From positions 436 to 64,435 of the forward strand of contig CAZCSK010000003.1 of NCBI GenBank assembly GCA_964501265.1: 64,000 bases of DNA, given 5' to 3'. Shown piece by piece: positions 1 through 8,751 of this stretch. The notes under the pieces were generated by a model. That model ran no database searches and was not told the origin of the DNA. It saw nothing but the letters and a program-made list of their open reading frames with translations. Source of the DNA: an uncultured Actinomycetes bacterium (lineage in GTDB: Bacteria > Actinomycetota > CADDZG01 > JAHWKV01). Both the position numbers and the translations under genes were made by a program. Within the stretch, counting starts at the first letter, position 1, and each line of letters starts with the position of its first letter.

Positions 1-14
1 GGAGGTCGCAAACA

Positions 15-1055
15 ATGGTCAAGAGATTGCTCACAGCTGTTTTCGGAGCCCTTTTAATGGGGGCCTTGCCTGCTGCCGGCGCATTTGCAGATCTCCCGCC
101 AATCCCCGTCGATCTCCCGACGCTCACAAAAGACTCTGGTCCCTCGCCAATCCCCATCGACCCCCCCCCGGTTCAAAAAGGCTCTGGTCCCACCCTCGCG
201 GCAACGGGTGGAGTGGAATTGAAGGGTCTCTTCCGTCTCGCAAAGGGTGAGTGCACCGGAACCGGCGTAAAGGGAACTTACTTTCAGATGATCGACCGGA
301 GCGGCTCCCCCATCACCAATACCGACTCACCGTGCTCGGACAAATCTTTGAACCCGCTGACTCCGGGGACCGAAGGAGGGCTATCGACCACCGGTGTACA
401 GCCGCACGGCGCAGTCGTCTTCGATGCGAACGGCAACGGACTGACCCGGCGCATCACGCTTCCCGCAAAGTTCTTCAGCGTGGATTTCGCCGTGGCGACC
501 AACGCCAAGGATCCACAAACCAAGCTCGATACAGTTGTGCCGCGCATCGTGCACGATGGAAACGGCAAGATCACCGCTGACAGCGATCTGCGTGCCTTCG
601 CTGCAGCATGGAACGGCAATCAGGCATCACAGGCGGCGGGTGAGGGTCATTACAATCAGGGGGCGCCCAAACCCGACGGCCAGACCCCCGGTCTCACCAA
701 GAAAGCGTCCGGAACATACAACTCATCCACCCGCGCATTCGTCATCGAGTGGACGAGCATGATCGTCGGCGGCGCTTTCGATCAGAACGGAGGACGCTGG
801 CATCTGGAAGGCACGTTCGACCCCGCCATCGTGATCGGGGATCCGGTCCCTCAAGCGGCATCGGTAAAAGGCGGGGCGACTTCTCGCGTAAGTGGCCAGG
901 GACTTGCCTCAACGGGGCCCGCCATCGTCTCCGCCGCCGGAGTGACCCTTCTGGGGGCCGGGTCAACCGGCCTCGCGCTTTCGATTATCCCCTCGCTCTT
1001 GCGCTCTCGGCGAGCTCGGCGGGAGCGCGGGCGATCTTCAGCGAGGCGAAGATGA
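15..1055 (+). CDS. Secreted, probably sortase-anchored surface protein (LAxTG-type sorting signal)
   Basis: 346-aa ORF with GGAGG at 1-5 upstream of ATG 15. N-terminal signal peptide (LLMGALPAAGAFA|DL). C-terminal LASTG followed by a hydrophobic stretch and an Arg-rich tail. The central domain aligns by eye with the C-terminus of the next gene. Confidence 0.75.
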   Translation: MVKRLLTAVFGALLMGALPAAGAFADLPPIPVDLPTLTKDSGPSPIPIDPPPVQKGSGPTLAATGGVELKGLFRLAKGECTGTGVKGTYFQMIDRSGSPITNTDSPCSDKSLNPLTPGTEGGLSTTGVQPHGAVVFDANGNGLTRRITLPAKFFSVDFAVATNAKDPQTKLDTVVPRIVHDGNGKITADSDLRAFAAAWNGNQASQAAGEGHYNQGAPKPDGQTPGLTKKASGTYNSSTRAFVIEWTSMIVGGAFDQNGGRWHLEGTFDPAIVIGDPVPQAASVKGGATSRVSGQGLASTGPAIVSAAGVTLLGAGSTGLALSIIPSLLRSRRARRERGRSSARRR

Positions 1056-2635
1056 GACGGCGTGCCATTTGGTTCTCCCTGGCAATAGGCATAGGGCTGA
1101 TTGCGGCGCCAGCGGTATTTCAGATGTTCACTCGCGCCCCACTCGGGGCCACGATGATCGAGGAGTTTCGTCCCTTCATGAAAGCCTCGACCATCGACAA
1201 CTTTAGCGGCCACCTCGATACCATTGACGAGGCTGCCGGAGAACTCGGGAACCAGACCGCTGCTGGCAACTTTCGCAGTGAGTATTCCTCCGCCGCCTCA
1301 TTCCTCGGCGCGTGGCCCGGGATCGAAGCCGACATGCGCGGGATGCTGGACGTCATGCGCTCCAACCTTGACAACTACGCTGCGGTCGACGCTCTCCCGC
1401 CTTTCTATCTGTTCCCATGGTTCTTCGTCATACCGGGGCTGGCAGTTGCGGGGCTTGCCGTTGCTTCGATTAGGCGCCGCGAGCGATGGATTCGAGTGGC
1501 TATCGCGGTTGCAGGGATTGGGCTAATCGCCGCGCCCGGCATCTTCCAGATGTTCTCGCGCGCGCCCCTTGGTGGAAAGATGATCGAGGACTTCCGCCCC
1601 CTGATGACTCCAGCCAAAGTCACGCAGGTGCAGCTTTACTTCCTTACGATCGGTGCGGCCGAGGGCGAGATCAGGAACAAGCTGATGCCCGACATCCAGG
1701 CCGCCAGCCAATACAACGACGAGGGCTTCCGGAAGGCGTTCCCGGCGCTCTCGACGCTGTCGGATTCATTTCCCAAGATTTCAGGCGACATGGCCCCCAT
1801 GATCGGCGCCATGAGCGACAACCTCGACAATTACGCTGCGGTCGACGCGTTGCCTCCATTTGCTGTCTTCCCCTGGTTCTTCGTCGTTCCCGGAGTGTTG
1901 CTTGTAGCCGCTGGCAGTCTTTCTTCCCTGCGCAACATTGATCGCAGCGCGTCGAAAGCATCCCTGGTCGCGGCGTTACTGATACTTGGCGCCTGCGGAA
2001 GTGGAACGCCGGATACGACATCACAAAAAGCGGCAACGAACTTGACGGGCCTCTTTGCCGTCGACGGTGGCGAGTGTGCTGCTGCCGGGATCACCAAGGG
2101 TTCCTACTTCCGGATGGTGAACCCGGGAGGAGATCCGTCTACCGGCCCCTTCGTCACGAATGCAGACTCGAGCTGTATCGACAAAACATGGACACTTCTG
2201 CTGCCGGGCACAGACGGGGGCCTTAGGACTGGCGAATTCCAGCCTAATCCGGACCCCGCCTTCGATTCCGCCGGACACGCGCTCGCAGGAAAGATAACCG
2301 CGCCAACTCGTTGGTTCGCTGTCAGTTTCGCGTTGTCCACCAACAAGGTTGATCCCCAAACGGGGACGGAGGTCGCGGCGCCTCGGATCGAGGCCAAGGG
2401 GAACACGCTCTCAGGTGATGTGAGAGGATTCGCCGCTGCGTGGAACAAGCAGCATTTCAACCAGGGCTCTCAGAAACCAGATGGGTCCCGCCCAGGTGCA
2501 ACCACTGGACCTTCAGGGACATACGATGCGACTACCGGGCGTTATGCACTCGAGTGGACAAGTCAGATTGTCGGTGGCGCATTCAACAACTTCATAGGTG
2601 TTTGGCACCTCGAAGGCAAATTCACGCCGAACTGA
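1052..2635 (+). CDS. Polytopic membrane protein with an internally duplicated module and a C-terminal extracellular domain paralogous to 15..1055
   Basis: Start placed at in-frame ATG 1052 (MRRRAIWFSLAIG...), which forms an ATGA overlap with the upstream stop. Two tandem copies of one module (IGLIAAPxxFQMFxRAPLG..MIExFRP ... NLDNYAAVDALPPF..FPWFFV). These are followed by LILGACGSG and then a domain (GEC..G..KG.YF.M ... EWTS.IVGGAF ... WHLEG.F) shared with gene 1. Confidence 0.7.
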   Translation: MRRRAIWFSLAIGIGLIAAPAVFQMFTRAPLGATMIEEFRPFMKASTIDNFSGHLDTIDEAAGELGNQTAAGNFRSEYSSAASFLGAWPGIEADMRGMLDVMRSNLDNYAAVDALPPFYLFPWFFVIPGLAVAGLAVASIRRRERWIRVAIAVAGIGLIAAPGIFQMFSRAPLGGKMIEDFRPLMTPAKVTQVQLYFLTIGAAEGEIRNKLMPDIQAASQYNDEGFRKAFPALSTLSDSFPKISGDMAPMIGAMSDNLDNYAAVDALPPFAVFPWFFVVPGVLLVAAGSLSSLRNIDRSASKASLVAALLILGACGSGTPDTTSQKAATNLTGLFAVDGGECAAAGITKGSYFRMVNPGGDPSTGPFVTNADSSCIDKTWTLLLPGTDGGLRTGEFQPNPDPAFDSAGHALAGKITAPTRWFAVSFALSTNKVDPQTGTEVAAPRIEAKGNTLSGDVRGFAAAWNKQHFNQGSQKPDGSRPGATTGPSGTYDATTGRYALEWTSQIVGGAFNNFIGVWHLEGKFTPN

Positions 2636-2704
2636 TTGGCGGCGGCATCCGCAACCGCGGATCGCTGAGCGGCTGGTACCCGCGTAACCCAAGGCCGGGC
2701 TGAG

Positions 2705-3487
2705 TCACGAGATCGAGGGCCGAGGCGCCTCGGGCCGGTCGCCGGATACGAACCTTTCCAGACCGCTCGCAAGCTCGGGGTCATTGACGGTGGGAAGGCA
2801 GAGCTTGGCCTCAAGCATCAAGCCCTCCTCGAGCGGGAGCCCAAACCCGCCGATCAATGCGGCACGGTCGGCGCGAAGGCTTACCTGCGGATAGTCCGCG
2901 ATCCTTGTCGCAAGTTCCATCGCGCGGTCGAGGGCTTTACCGTCGGGAACCACCTCCTGAACGATCCCCATCTCAAAAGCCCGCTCGGCGTTGATACGTA
3001 TCCCGGTCTCGACCAGGTATAGAGCGTTGCCGACTCCGGCGATACGCGCAAACCTCTGCGTCCCTCCATCGGTGAACGGCACTCCCCAGCGACGGTTGAG
3101 TGCCCCGAACTCGGCGTTTTGTGCCGCTATCCGAAAGTCACACCAACAGGCGAGTTCGAATCCTCCCGCGAAGCAATAGCCGTTCACCGCGGCAATGGTC
3201 GGCTTGCCCGGATCTAGCCGGGCAAATCCCATAGGCCCCGCTTCTTCGACAAACGAATGCGAGAGCAGGCTCGATGCATTCTTCAAATCGGCTCCCGAGC
3301 AGAAAGCCTTCTCTCCCGCTCCGGTCACAACCAGGACGCGAGAATCCGCGTCGGCGGCAAATGCCTTGATGGCCTCGGCCAGCAGAGTGGCCGTCTCGCC
3401 GTCGACACAGTTGTGCGCCTCGGGCCGGTTGACCGTCAGCAGACAAACCGAACCGCTGCGCAGTACTTCAACCTTTGCCATCACCAT
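2705..3487 (-). CDS. Enoyl-CoA hydratase/isomerase (crotonase) family protein
   Basis: 260 aa with crotonase-fold motifs LTVNRPEAHN, VVTGAGEKAFCSGADLK and NGYCFAGGFELA. Confidence 0.85.
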   Translation of the reverse strand: MVMAKVEVLRSGSVCLLTVNRPEAHNCVDGETATLLAEAIKAFAADADSRVLVVTGAGEKAFCSGADLKNASSLLSHSFVEEAGPMGFARLDPGKPTIAAVNGYCFAGGFELACWCDFRIAAQNAEFGALNRRWGVPFTDGGTQRFARIAGVGNALYLVETGIRINAERAFEMGIVQEVVPDGKALDRAMELATRIADYPQVSLRADRAALIGGFGLPLEEGLMLEAKLCLPTVNDPELASGLERFVSGDRPEAPRPSIS

Positions 3488-3633
3488 CTCCTTGGAGATC
3501 TCTGCAGGTTCATGGCCTCTCCTCCTATCGGAACGACATGGCTGAAAGCCTTTTGGAAGTTCCCAAGGAGCTCGCCGTGAAGAAGTAGATCTGTTCGGAA
3601 AGCAAACCTACATCGTCGGCCTATAAAATCCGT

Positions 3634-3933
3634 GTGGGAGGGACAACCGAGGTGACCAGGCAGGAGAGGTGGAATCTTGTAGCCGCCAATCTTGGCATAT
3701 TGACGGGACTCATCCTCTTCCTGCTCTTGGTTCCGGCGGTGTGCGTCATCGCAGAGAGCTACCCCGGGCCCACGCTGAAGCATTGTTCGAGCGTCGTGAC
3801 CGGGCTACTGGAATCCGAACTGGGCAAGACTGTGCCCACCAGGGTCTCGGCGCTGGGGGCGCTGCTTATTCCTCCAGGAGGCGGTTTGCTGACCTGGTAC
3901 TTGCTCCGTCGACAGATGACTCGAGATCGTTGA
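3634..3933 (+). CDS. Hypothetical small membrane protein
   Basis: 99-aa ORF with one clear hydrophobic helix (LGILTGLILFLLLVPAVCVI). It is the only sizeable ORF in an otherwise empty 750-nt gap. No family recognised. Confidence 0.3.
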   Translation: MGGTTEVTRQERWNLVAANLGILTGLILFLLLVPAVCVIAESYPGPTLKHCSSVVTGLLESELGKTVPTRVSALGALLIPPGGGLLTWYLLRRQMTRDR

Positions 3934-4244
3934 GAGGGTCGCACCGAAAGTGTTGCACGAGGTCGGTCGTCCCACCCGCGACTACGAATCTGTGCGGAGC
4001 AAAGGGCTCGGTTCAGAAGATCCGCGCCTGGGACTTATGCTGCCCAGTTTGAACTCGTACGCGCAGCGGCGACCGGCACTTTAAGGGATCCTGACTCTTC
4101 CTCGCCTGGCTATTTTCCCACAATTCTCAAGGGAGTTAAGCCACGGCCTGATCTAATCTGGGACGGATCGGAGGAGTCGATGAAGGAACCCGCCCCCAAT
4201 TCCTGCGTGAGGAAACCACTCCATAAGCACTAGTTATCTGCAAG

Positions 4245-6347
4245 GTGGGGAAGGTGGGGAACAAGACCGTCGTCGACATCGCCGAATGGCGATCGTCTAA
4301 GCCCGCGTCCCAGAACCGCTACGATCTGCTGGAGCGTGTCGCTTTGGCTCTCAACTCAACACTCGAACTCAAGGAGGTTCTTCGCCTTCTTGCGCAGATA
4401 ATCCTGGAAGCCACCGGAGGACAGCGGTGCAGCCTCTTCTTGTTGGAGGGTCGGCAACTTCACCCCGCGGTGGCCATCGGGACCTGGTCGGACGAGGACC
4501 TCTGGAACGCCTTTCATTCCATGGCTCCCACCGACCTGGACATACCCCGCTGGCGGCTATTTCTGAAGGGTCAGCCGGTTGCCCTCGAGGACGCCCGAGA
4601 GAGCGACCTGATACCCAAGGATTGGGTGGATCGGTTCTCGTTGCGAGCCCTGGCGCTCGTGCCCCTGATGGCAGGCGATGAGCCCTACGGGCTGATGGCT
4701 GTCGATTGGCCCGAGGCCCGTTCGTTCGACGAATCCGAGATCCGCCGCCTCGGGGCGATCGGCTCCTACGCCGGGGTCGCCGTACGAAACGCCCGCCTTT
4801 TCGAGGTTGTGAAGAAAAGCGCCAGGATCCAGGAGGCCCTCGCAGCCGGCGCTTCCGCCCTCGCCTCCCCCCTGGAGCCAGCCGAGATCGCTCAGCGGCT
4901 GGCAGACGCTTACTTAGATCTTCTCGGCGCAGAGCTTTGTGCGATAGGACTTTTCGACAGCGGCCGCACGAAAGTCACAACCATTGCCGCGCGGGGAACT
5001 CGCGAAATCAGCGGTCCCCTTCCACTGGCCGAGGTGCCCAAGCGAATCGTAGCGCGCCTGGTCGCCGAGTGGACGAAGTCAAAGAATTCGGTCTCGTTCG
5101 GCGACGACCCGTGGCTCAAACGGTTCGTGGCCTGCCAGGACACCAACGCTTCTTGGTATCTGCTGGTTCCAATGGTCGCAGAAGGCCATCCGCGGGGGGT
5201 GGTCCTGCTCGGCTTTGGCCAGAAGACGAGGCTGGGCGACGAGGAGCATGCGGCAGCCGAAACCCTGGCGACCGTGGCGGCCGTCGCGGTTGAGCGAAAC
5301 TTCCTGGTTGAGCGCCTCAACCGGCAGATGCGGCAGCTCGAGATCCTGTACAGGCTGACCGCCTCGATCCACCAGAGCACGGGCGCGGCCGCGCTGATGG
5401 CCAGGCTCAATGAACTTCTCACCGGCTATGGCATCGAAGCAGTCGGGCTAGCGTTCCGAGAGAGCAACTTTGCTCGCCGTCTCGGGGGAGAAAAGCTAAC
5501 GCCCGCAGAGCGAGCGGTCTTTGCAAGAAACGGGGGCCCGAAGCGGCTCGACGACGAAACGCTCGCCGTCCCCATGCGCCTCGGGCGCCGGCTGGTGGGC
5601 GTGCTGCGGGTGCGGGTGGGAGCACTGGAGGCCGAGGAGCAGTCCTTCCTCGAAGCGGTGGGATCAGGCATCGCCGAGGTCGCCACCATGGCGGCGTTGC
5701 GTTCTGCCTTCGAGGAGGCGTCACGGGAACGTGCCGTGGCCGGCGAGCGGGAACGATTCGCCTCCGACCTGCACGACACTGCCGGGCAGCTGTTCGTCGC
5801 GTCGGGGCTATTGGCTCGCAGGTTTGTGGGTCAGCTGCCTTCCGACTCGCCCTGGGCGGAGCGAATTCTCCGGCTCGTCGCGCTCGCCGACCGGGGCAAG
5901 TGGGAGATCGATCAGGCTATACGCGCTCTCAGTTTCGTTCCTGCAGCCCGCAGCGGCCTTCCCACCGCGCTTCGCGCTCTCGCCCGGTCGTTTGAATCCG
6001 ACAGCGGCATCCATGCCCCCTTCCGCACGATCGGCAAACCGCCGCGGCTTGCGGCTGAAGTCGAGCGCACTCTCTACCGAGTGGCCCACGAGGCAACCAG
6101 CAATGCCTGGCGACACGCCCGCTGCACGATTGTCCGCCTCGAACTTGCCTACGAAGACAGTGAAGTCGTTCTGCGGATTCTCGACGACGGCATCGGGCTC
6201 AATGCGAGGGAGAAGGAGGGATCCCCGGGGATCGGGATCTTCAGCATGCGGCGTGCAATGGAGGCGGTCGGCGGTTGCCTTCGCGTTCGGAGCCGCCGGC
6301 CGCGAGGGGTCCTGGTGGAGGCGCGAGTCAAAAGGGGGCCCCGATGA
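4245..6347 (+). CDS. GAF-domain sensor histidine kinase (HisKA_3 / NarL-partner type)
   Basis: 700 aa with N-terminal GAF-like regions. H-box ERERFASDLHDTAGQ. HATPase_c-like motifs (EATSNAWRHA, LDDGIGL, GIGIFSMRR). The stop overlaps the start of a response regulator. Confidence 0.8.
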   Translation: MGKVGNKTVVDIAEWRSSKPASQNRYDLLERVALALNSTLELKEVLRLLAQIILEATGGQRCSLFLLEGRQLHPAVAIGTWSDEDLWNAFHSMAPTDLDIPRWRLFLKGQPVALEDARESDLIPKDWVDRFSLRALALVPLMAGDEPYGLMAVDWPEARSFDESEIRRLGAIGSYAGVAVRNARLFEVVKKSARIQEALAAGASALASPLEPAEIAQRLADAYLDLLGAELCAIGLFDSGRTKVTTIAARGTREISGPLPLAEVPKRIVARLVAEWTKSKNSVSFGDDPWLKRFVACQDTNASWYLLVPMVAEGHPRGVVLLGFGQKTRLGDEEHAAAETLATVAAVAVERNFLVERLNRQMRQLEILYRLTASIHQSTGAAALMARLNELLTGYGIEAVGLAFRESNFARRLGGEKLTPAERAVFARNGGPKRLDDETLAVPMRLGRRLVGVLRVRVGALEAEEQSFLEAVGSGIAEVATMAALRSAFEEASRERAVAGERERFASDLHDTAGQLFVASGLLARRFVGQLPSDSPWAERILRLVALADRGKWEIDQAIRALSFVPAARSGLPTALRALARSFESDSGIHAPFRTIGKPPRLAAEVERTLYRVAHEATSNAWRHARCTIVRLELAYEDSEVVLRILDDGIGLNAREKEGSPGIGIFSMRRAMEAVGGCLRVRSRRPRGVLVEARVKRGPR

Positions 6348-6973
6348 TTCGCATCATGCTGGTGGACGACCACCCTGTCGTGCGAGAGGGCCTGGCGGCG
6401 ATACTCGGCGACGAGCCCGACTTCAATGTCGTAGGCGAGGCCGGGACCGGCGAGCAGGCGGTAGAGCGATTCGATCGTCTGCGAGCCGACTTGGTGCTGA
6501 TCGATGCACGGCTGCCGGGGATGAGCGGCATAGAGGCATGCTCCGAACTGACCCGTCGCTTCCCGGGGGTGAGGGTGGTCATCATTACGAGCTTTCCTTC
6601 AGAGGCGACCATGGTGGACGCATTCGCCGCGGGGGCCCGCGGTCTGGTCGTGAAGGAGAGCGACGCCGCACGAGTGCGAGAAGCCGTGCGGGTTGTGGCA
6701 TCGGGACAAACATTCGTCGATCCCCGGGTCGCTGCAAAAATCGTTGCATTGGCCACCAAGGGCCGTCGGGTATCCGGCCCCTTTGGGCTGACCCTGCAGG
6801 AGATGCGGGTGGTCGAGCTTTTGCCCCGGGGCCTTACGAATCGAGCCATCGGCAAGGAACTCGGGATCTCCGAGGAGACCGTCAAGGTCCATGTCCGGGG
6901 CGCCAAGAGGAAACTGGGCGCCAACCATCGCGCCGAGGCCGCGGCCATAGCCCTGCGGGAGGGGCTGGCATGA
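6344..6973 (+). CDS. NarL/LuxR-family response regulator
   Basis: ATG 6344 sits in an ATGA overlap with the kinase stop. Receiver domain (MIRIMLVDDHPVVREG, LVLIDARLPGMSG) plus LuxR HTH (LTNRAIGKELGISEETVKVHVRGAKRKLGA). Confidence 0.9.
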   Translation: MIRIMLVDDHPVVREGLAAILGDEPDFNVVGEAGTGEQAVERFDRLRADLVLIDARLPGMSGIEACSELTRRFPGVRVVIITSFPSEATMVDAFAAGARGLVVKESDAARVREAVRVVASGQTFVDPRVAAKIVALATKGRRVSGPFGLTLQEMRVVELLPRGLTNRAIGKELGISEETVKVHVRGAKRKLGANHRAEAAAIALREGLA

Positions 6974-7140
6974 GCTCGAAGATGGGTGTTAGGACTACCC
7001 CCCATTTCTTCCCCCAAATACCGAAAAGGGGGAAGACGTGCGGACCCGTTCTGACTAGCCTCCCAGACAGAAGAGGCGTCGCTTCATCAAGCGGATGTCC
7101 GCATCACAACAGAGCAAGTCTTCGCTGGGAGTACCCAGGT
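6935..7140 (+). repeat. Element A, copy 1: about 205-nt duplicated segment (last ~40 nt of the response-regulator gene plus a candidate structured leader RNA)
   Basis: Aligns by eye at roughly nine of ten positions with 28261..28467. Contains hairpin TCTTCCCCC-N12-GGGGGAAGA, local hairpins GCCTC-N10-GAGGC and GCGG-ATGT-CCGC, and possible long-range pairing CTCCCAG/CTGGGAG. Confidence 0.7.
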
Positions 7141-7227
7141 TCGCGTGCGGGTGTCACCAGCCGCAAGAAGGAGGCAAACGGGGTTGAGGACCGGTTCGGT
7201 GAAACTCCTCACGCCCCTGACTCGGAA

Positions 7228-7911
7228 ATGGAGCAGGAGTCAATCGCGAAGCAACAGGAGGTCATAACCATCTCAGTCGTCATTTGCGATGACCATCCGG
7301 CATTCGCCCGGGGTGTCGCCGCGCTCTTTGAACTGGAGCCCGATATCCAAGTGCGTGGCGTGGCGACGAGCGGAAAGGAGGCTGTAGGAATGGTCCGGGA
7401 GCGTCTCCCGGACATCGTGCTGATGGACGTCGTCATGCCGGGAATTGACGGAATCGAAACCACGCGTCGCGTACGGGCGGCTTCCCCGACGACCAAGGTT
7501 GTGGTGCTTACCGTCAAGGACGAGGAGCGAGACCTTTTTCTTGCACTTCGCGCCGGCGCCATGGGCTACATCACGAAAGACAAAGGGATCGAGTTGATCG
7601 CCGACGCAGTGCGCTCCGTCCACCGTGGTCATTTCGTGATCCCCGTAGACCTGGCCAGACGGTTTATCGACGACCTGGAGGACGCCAGTTCCGAGATGTC
7701 CTTGAGCGACATCGAGCGCGAGGTCCTGGCAGGAATCGCTCGCGGCGAGGGCAACAAGGAAATCGCAGCCCGGCTTCATCTGGGCGAGCGGACTCTCAAA
7801 CGACGAGTCGAAGACATCTACGCAAAGCTCCACTTAAAGGACCGGGTCGAGGCGGCGGTGTACGCGGCGACGCGAGGTCTCGGAACGGATCGTGTCCCCC
7901 GAGGGCCGTAA
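7228..7911 (+). CDS. NarL/LuxR-family response regulator (second, orphan-positioned)
   Basis: In-frame ATG 7228 (MEQESIAKQQEVITISVVICDDHP...). Receiver motifs (IVLMDVVMPGIDG, VVVLTVKD) and LuxR HTH (GEGNKEIAARLHLGERTLKRRVEDIYAKL). The remainder of the 796-aa track ORF upstream is rejected. Confidence 0.85.
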   Translation: MEQESIAKQQEVITISVVICDDHPAFARGVAALFELEPDIQVRGVATSGKEAVGMVRERLPDIVLMDVVMPGIDGIETTRRVRAASPTTKVVVLTVKDEERDLFLALRAGAMGYITKDKGIELIADAVRSVHRGHFVIPVDLARRFIDDLEDASSEMSLSDIEREVLAGIARGEGNKEIAARLHLGERTLKRRVEDIYAKLHLKDRVEAAVYAATRGLGTDRVPRGP

Positions 7912-7986
7912 ATCTGGACCAAAAGGGACACAAGTTTTGACCCCCGTGGCCCTAGCGTATGGCCCGAATGAACTAGGAAAATACAT
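7892..7986 (+). repeat. Element B, copy 1: hairpin (GTGTCCC...GGGACAC + GTTTTG) followed by a TTGACC-containing promoter-like segment
   Basis: About 95 nt aligns by eye with 18376..18472. It starts inside the last codons of the response-regulator gene and lies upstream of secreted-protein gene 8055. Confidence 0.65.
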
Positions 7987-8054
7987 GAGAACCATAGGGG
8001 CAACTTCATAACTCGGACCGAGCCGTTTGTTCGACTCGGAAAGGAGTAGATCAA

Positions 8055-8717
8055 GTGAATTTGATAGCAGCGATTAGAAACAACCGTAAGGCAGCAAGCA
8101 TGGTATCGAGGGCGGTAATCGTGGCGCTCATGACCGTGCCGACGCTGGTACTGACCGGGGCCTCACCGGCTCTGGCCTCCCACGGGCTCGGAGGAGGCAC
8201 GGTGACCTTCACGGGAACCGCCACCCTGCCCGAGTTCCCTGACCCCACCGGGACAGGCGGTCAGTTCACGGGCACGGCCAGCGGTTCACTCGACGGCGTT
8301 ACCCCAACTGTCGGGGGCACCGCGTGGGCGGCGGTCTTTGCTAGCGACACCATGACGGCGAGCTTCACCTATGACGAGCCCCCAGAGTGCTTGTCGGGGA
8401 CTGCCGACGGAGAGGGTTGGATAGATGGAGACGCGACGGGGCTATACGGCACGCGAACCGTGATTGACATCCACATCCACTTCAAGTTCAGTTGGGTGCG
8501 GATTGGAACGGCGGCCACCATCACCACCAGGGCCACGGTGGATCTCACCTTCGCAGACCCTCCACGCCGGGTGAGGGTGCTTACCGATGTGCCCGATACG
8601 GCCACGGCTGTGTTCACTCCGACGGATCCTACGCCGGATGACGATGATTGGTGCGCCGGCGGCCCTCAGACGGCCACTGTGGTTGGAACGGACCTTATCG
8701 TCGGCAACCACCTCTAG
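8055..8717 (+). CDS. Secreted hypothetical protein
   Basis: 220 aa with a GTG start preceded by GGAAAGGAG. Signal peptide (ALMTVPTLVLTGASPALA|SHG). The N-terminal NLIAAIRNNRKAA resembles the N-terminus of the 18487 gene. Confidence 0.6.
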   Translation: MNLIAAIRNNRKAASMVSRAVIVALMTVPTLVLTGASPALASHGLGGGTVTFTGTATLPEFPDPTGTGGQFTGTASGSLDGVTPTVGGTAWAAVFASDTMTASFTYDEPPECLSGTADGEGWIDGDATGLYGTRTVIDIHIHFKFSWVRIGTAATITTRATVDLTFADPPRRVRVLTDVPDTATAVFTPTDPTPDDDDWCAGGPQTATVVGTDLIVGNHL

Positions 8718-8751
8718 AAGGGTTGCCTGGCGATTAGCAGAAACAGAGGCG

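Noticed and set aside
749-1051. The upstream extension of the 628-aa ORF (MDEHDRRRRF...).
   Set aside because: It overlaps the well-supported gene 15..1055 in another frame and is Arg-rich with low complexity. The internal ATG 1052 gives an ATGA-coupled start just before the first TM helix.
2645-2665. The imperfect hairpin GCATCCGC-AACC-GCGGATCGC between convergent genes, considered as a bidirectional terminator.
   Set aside because: The stem has a bulge and no U/T tract on either side. This is too weak to call.
6975-7140. Small ORFs inside element A (MSSKMGVRTTPHFF... here and MTSKVGVRTTPHFF... at 28298..28564) as a conserved peptide gene.
   Set aside because: Most nucleotide differences between the copies change the amino acid. 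The two frames diverge completely after an indel about 40 codons in. In copy 1 the frame simply runs on into the response-regulator gene. The conservation fits an RNA or DNA element better than a protein.
6935-7140. Assigning element A to a known class (c-di-GMP riboswitch, 6C RNA and similar).
   Set aside because: The C-runs and hairpins are suggestive. However, I could not reproduce the consensus of any riboswitch or sRNA family from memory. It is left as an unclassified candidate.
5521-7227. The first ~569 codons of the 796-aa track ORF 5521..7911.
   Set aside because: It runs out of frame across the histidine kinase and the first response regulator. Its composition is Arg/Gly/Pro/Ser-rich, typical of off-frame translation in high-GC DNA. 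Only the last 227 codons (from ATG 7228) look like a real protein, a response regulator.
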